From Thermoanaerobaculia bacterium (GTDB lineage Bacteria > Acidobacteriota > Thermoanaerobaculia > Multivoradales > UBA5704), in NCBI GenBank assembly GCA_044226625.1, contig JBGAGQ010000045.1:1-52228 (forward strand): a stretch of 52,228 bases of DNA, given 5' to 3'. Under the pieces are notes generated by a model that was not told where the DNA came from, ran no database searches, and saw nothing but the letters and a program-made list of their open reading frames with translations. Positions 49,147 through 52,228 of this stretch are shown here, piece by piece. The stretch's first letter is position 1. Each line of letters begins with the position of its first letter. The translations under genes and the position numbers were made by a program.

Positions 49147-50373
49147 GTGAAGAAGAAACTGATCTGGACGATTCTGATCCTGGGGGTCGTGGCGGGGATC
49201 GCGGGCATCGCGGCCAAGAACCGGGGGCCGAAGCCGACGGAGGTTCAGGTGGCGAAGGTCGGCCGCGAAGACCTCCAGGCCAAGGTGAGCGCCAACGGCA
49301 AGGTCCAGGCCCAGAAAAAGGTCGACATTTCGGCGACGATCGCCGGGCAGATCACCGACATCGCGGTCGAAGAGGGAGATTCCGTCCGCCGGGGCCAGCT
49401 GCTCGCCCAGATCGACCCGGTCTCGACCCGGGCTCAGGTGCGCGGCAGCGAAGCCTCGATCGACGCCCTGCGCCGCGACGTGGACGCGGCTCGTGCGAGC
49501 CTCGAACAGGCGCGGGCCGATTTCCGCCGGGCCGAGGGCAACTTCAAGGCGGGTATCGTCCCTGCTGCTGACATGGAGCGGACGCGCACCGCGGTCGCGA
49601 CCGCCCAGGCGACGCTCCAGGCCGCCGAGCGCCGGGTCGCCCAAGCGACCGCCGGCCTCGAAGGGTCCCGCGACCTGCTCGCCAAGACGACCATCCGCGC
49701 GCCGATGGACGGTGTCGTCACCGCCCGGCGCGTCGAAGAGGGGGAGGTCGCGGTGATCGGCATTCAGAACAGCCCGGGCACGGTGCTGTTCCAGATTTCC
49801 GACATGTCGGTGGTCGAGACGGAGCTGGAGGTCGACGAGACCTCGATTCCGAACGTGGAGCTCGGCCAGGAGGCGCGCGTCCGCCTCGACGCCTATCCGA
49901 ACAAGACGTTTCGCGGCACGGTCACCGAAGTGGCCTCGTCTCCGATCCTGACCGGCGCGAACCAGGCGATCAAATTCGAGGTGAAAGTCCGCCTCGACGA
50001 TCCGCCGAAGGGGATCAAGCCGGGCCTCTCGGCGCGCGCCGACATCCTCACCGGGTTCCGCGGCAACGCGCTCGTGGTGCCGCTCCAGGCGCTCGTCGTG
50101 CGCGAGATCGAGCGGAAGCCGGGCGAGAAGGTCGATCCGAACGCCCCGCGCGATCAGGAAGGCGTCTACCTGATGGAGAACGGCAAGGCGCGCTTTCAAA
50201 AGATCGAGACCGGCATGATCGGCGAGCTGTCGATCGAGGTGCTTTCCGGCCTCAAGGGGGGCGAGACGCTGATCACCGGGCCGTTCAAAGCGCTGCGCGA
50301 GCTGGAGCCCGGTGGCGCCGTCAAGGTCGAGGATCCGAACAAGAAGAAGCTCGGTGAAGCCGAGGGCGGATAG
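49147..50373 (+). CDS. MacA-like membrane fusion (periplasmic adaptor) protein
   Basis: N-terminal anchor, VSANGKV, GQITDIAVEEGDSV, coiled hairpin, TIRAPMDGVV, VDETSI, DAYP. Confidence 0.92.
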   Translation: MKKKLIWTILILGVVAGIAGIAAKNRGPKPTEVQVAKVGREDLQAKVSANGKVQAQKKVDISATIAGQITDIAVEEGDSVRRGQLLAQIDPVSTRAQVRGSEASIDALRRDVDAARASLEQARADFRRAEGNFKAGIVPAADMERTRTAVATAQATLQAAERRVAQATAGLEGSRDLLAKTTIRAPMDGVVTARRVEEGEVAVIGIQNSPGTVLFQISDMSVVETELEVDETSIPNVELGQEARVRLDAYPNKTFRGTVTEVASSPILTGANQAIKFEVKVRLDDPPKGIKPGLSARADILTGFRGNALVVPLQALVVREIERKPGEKVDPNAPRDQEGVYLMENGKARFQKIETGMIGELSIEVLSGLKGGETLITGPFKALRELEPGGAVKVEDPNKKKLGEAEGG

Positions 50374-50382
50374 GGCCGCGCG

Positions 50383-51603
50383 ATGAGCCTCTCCGAGCTA
50401 CTCGCCGAAGCGTTCGCCGCGATGCGCAGGAACAAGCTGCGCAGCTTTCTGACGCTGCTCGGCATCGTGATCGGCGTGGCGACCCTCGTGGGCGTGGTCT
50501 CGGTGATCGTCGGGCTCAACACCTACGTGCGCGAGAAGCTGTTCAACTTGGCGCCGGACGTGTACATCGTCACCAAGTTTGGCATCATTCGCGGTCATGA
50601 GGAGTTCCTGGAGGCGCTCAAGCGGCCCGACATCTCGCAGGACGATTTCGACCGCCTCCGGTCGGTGCTCACGCGGGCCGACAAGATCGGCGTCTCGGTC
50701 GAGACCCGTTCGCCCGTCACCTATGGCGCGCAGCGGCTTGGCAACGCGCGCATCGGCGGCACCAGCGCCACCTTCGGCGATCTCGTCCGCCTGGACCTTT
50801 CCGCGGGGCGCTTTTTCCTCGAGGCCGAGGCCCGCGGCTCCAAGCAGGTCGCGGTGATCGGCTGGGACGTCAAGGAACAGCTCTTCCCCCACGTCGATCC
50901 CATCGGCCGCACGATCTCGGTGAGCGGTCTGCCGTTTCGCGTCATCGGCCTGATCGCCCAGCAGGGCAAGGCGCTCGGGCAGAGCCGCGACAACTACGTC
51001 TACATTCCGATCGACACCTATCGCCAGATGTTCGGCTCGCGCGACACGCTCGACATCTTCATCAAGGCGTCCGGCGGTGTGGCGGGCGTCGACGCCTCGG
51101 CCGACGAGGCGCGCGCGGTCCTGCGCGCGCTCCGTCACACCGATTTTCGCGCTAGCGATCCGTTCGGCATCATCACCGCGGAGGCGCTGCAGGACATTTG
51201 GAAACAGGTGTCCGCCGCGGCCTTCCTGCTCACCACCCTGATCGCCTCGGTCTCGCTCGGAGTGGGCGGCATCGTGATCACCAACATCATGCTGGTCGCC
51301 GTTGCGGAGCGCACGCAGGAGATCGGCCTGCGCCGTGCGCTCGGCGCGCGCCAGGCGGACGTCCGTCGCCAATTCCTTCTCGAAGCGGCGCTGCTCGCGC
51401 TGGTCGGTGGGGTGATCGGGGTCGCCGGAGGCGGGTTGATCTCCCTCGCCGTCGATCGGCTCGCCCATTTCCCGGCCGAGCTGACGCCCACCATCGTCGC
51501 CGCGGGTCTCGCGCTATCGGTCGTCGTCGGGGTCACCGCGGGCTACTGGCCGGCGGTGTCGGCCTCGCGTCTCGAAGTGGTCGACGCGTTACGCGCGGAG
51601 TAG
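50383..51603 (+). CDS. MacB-like ABC transporter permease
   Basis: NKLRSFLTLLGIVIGV, GRFF, VGGIVITNIMLVAVAERTQEIGLRRALGA, ALRAE. Confidence 0.93.
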   Translation: MSLSELLAEAFAAMRRNKLRSFLTLLGIVIGVATLVGVVSVIVGLNTYVREKLFNLAPDVYIVTKFGIIRGHEEFLEALKRPDISQDDFDRLRSVLTRADKIGVSVETRSPVTYGAQRLGNARIGGTSATFGDLVRLDLSAGRFFLEAEARGSKQVAVIGWDVKEQLFPHVDPIGRTISVSGLPFRVIGLIAQQGKALGQSRDNYVYIPIDTYRQMFGSRDTLDIFIKASGGVAGVDASADEARAVLRALRHTDFRASDPFGIITAEALQDIWKQVSAAAFLLTTLIASVSLGVGGIVITNIMLVAVAERTQEIGLRRALGARQADVRRQFLLEAALLALVGGVIGVAGGGLISLAVDRLAHFPAELTPTIVAAGLALSVVVGVTAGYWPAVSASRLEVVDALRAE

Positions 51604-51614
51604 GAAGAGACATC

Positions 51615-52228
51615 ATGGCTTCCCGCGTTCGCCGTCCCCGTAGTTTCCGCCTCTCCTGGCTCGAGAACGTCCGCTTCGCGTTGAGCTCCATGCGAGCGCA
51701 GAAGCTCCGCACCTTCCTGACCCTCCTCGGCGTCGTGGCGGGCGTCGCCACGGTGATCATGATGGTCTCGTTCGTGGTCGGTTTCGACCGCTCGATCACC
51801 GCGGCGTTCACCAGCTTCGGCACCCACCTGGTCCAATTCCAGAAATGGGAGCCGCGCTTCGGCGACGATTCCGAGATGCCGGAAGAGGAGCGGCGCCGGA
51901 AGAATCTGGAGATCGACGACGCCCGCGCGCTCAAGCGGCTCGCGACCCTCGCCGCCGCGGTCTCCCCCGAGCGCTACTACTTCCAGCCGATCGAGGTGGG
52001 CTCCGGGCGGCGGCAGGCGAACAGCCCGATCGTCGTCGGCGTGACCCCCGACTACCTGCAGGCGAACTCCTCGGTGATCGCCGACGGCCGGTTCCTGACC
52101 GACGCGGACGTCCGCCACGGCTCCCACCTCGCGGTCGTCGCCCCCGACGTGGTCGAGGCGCTCTTTCCCCAGCAGGATCCGATCGGCCGGAGTCTCCGGA
52201 TCTCCGCCTGGACCTTCCAGATCATCGG
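51615..52228 (+). CDS. Second MacB-like ABC permease, truncated by window end
   Basis: Manual translation from ATG 51615: ...SMRAQKLRTFLTLLGVVAGVATVIMMVS...DGRFLT...DPIGR. Confidence 0.9.
   Translation, partial: MASRVRRPRSFRLSWLENVRFALSSMRAQKLRTFLTLLGVVAGVATVIMMVSFVVGFDRSITAAFTSFGTHLVQFQKWEPRFGDDSEMPEEERRRKNLEIDDARALKRLATLAAAVSPERYYFQPIEVGSGRRQANSPIVVGVTPDYLQANSSVIADGRFLTDADVRHGSHLAVVAPDVVEALFPQQDPIGRSLRISAWTFQII

Overview
High-GC bacterial chromosomal window. Gene order and content (lysS-lolC/E-lolD-clpC-bamA-skp-lpxD-fabZ-lpxA, a PEGA-type Ser/Thr kinase, a sortase) suggest a diderm, probably Acidobacteriota; the taxonomy is inference. About 40 CDSs are supported. I saw no rRNA, tRNA, CRISPR array or mobile element. 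The standout is a compact locus at ~19.0-23.1 kb: a PvdA/KtzI-like N-hydroxylating flavin monooxygenase, a cupin/MetRS-like fusion (hydrazine synthetase architecture, N-N bond forming) and a pyruvoyl-dependent AdoMetDC/SpeD-fold decarboxylase with no spermidine synthase in the window. This is a candidate new N-N (hydrazine) metabolite pathway. Other notable items: a sigma-54-driven LPXTG-like protein plus sortase in an LPS-producing cell, a tandem RNase H with a catalytically dead second domain, a pyrophosphatase coupled between the two subunits of an M16 peptidase, an in-frame LolD-ClpC ORF, a GnnA-like gene after lpxA with no canonical start codon, and a ~21-bp periodic intergenic tract. Start codons were refined by eye and no database searches were run.
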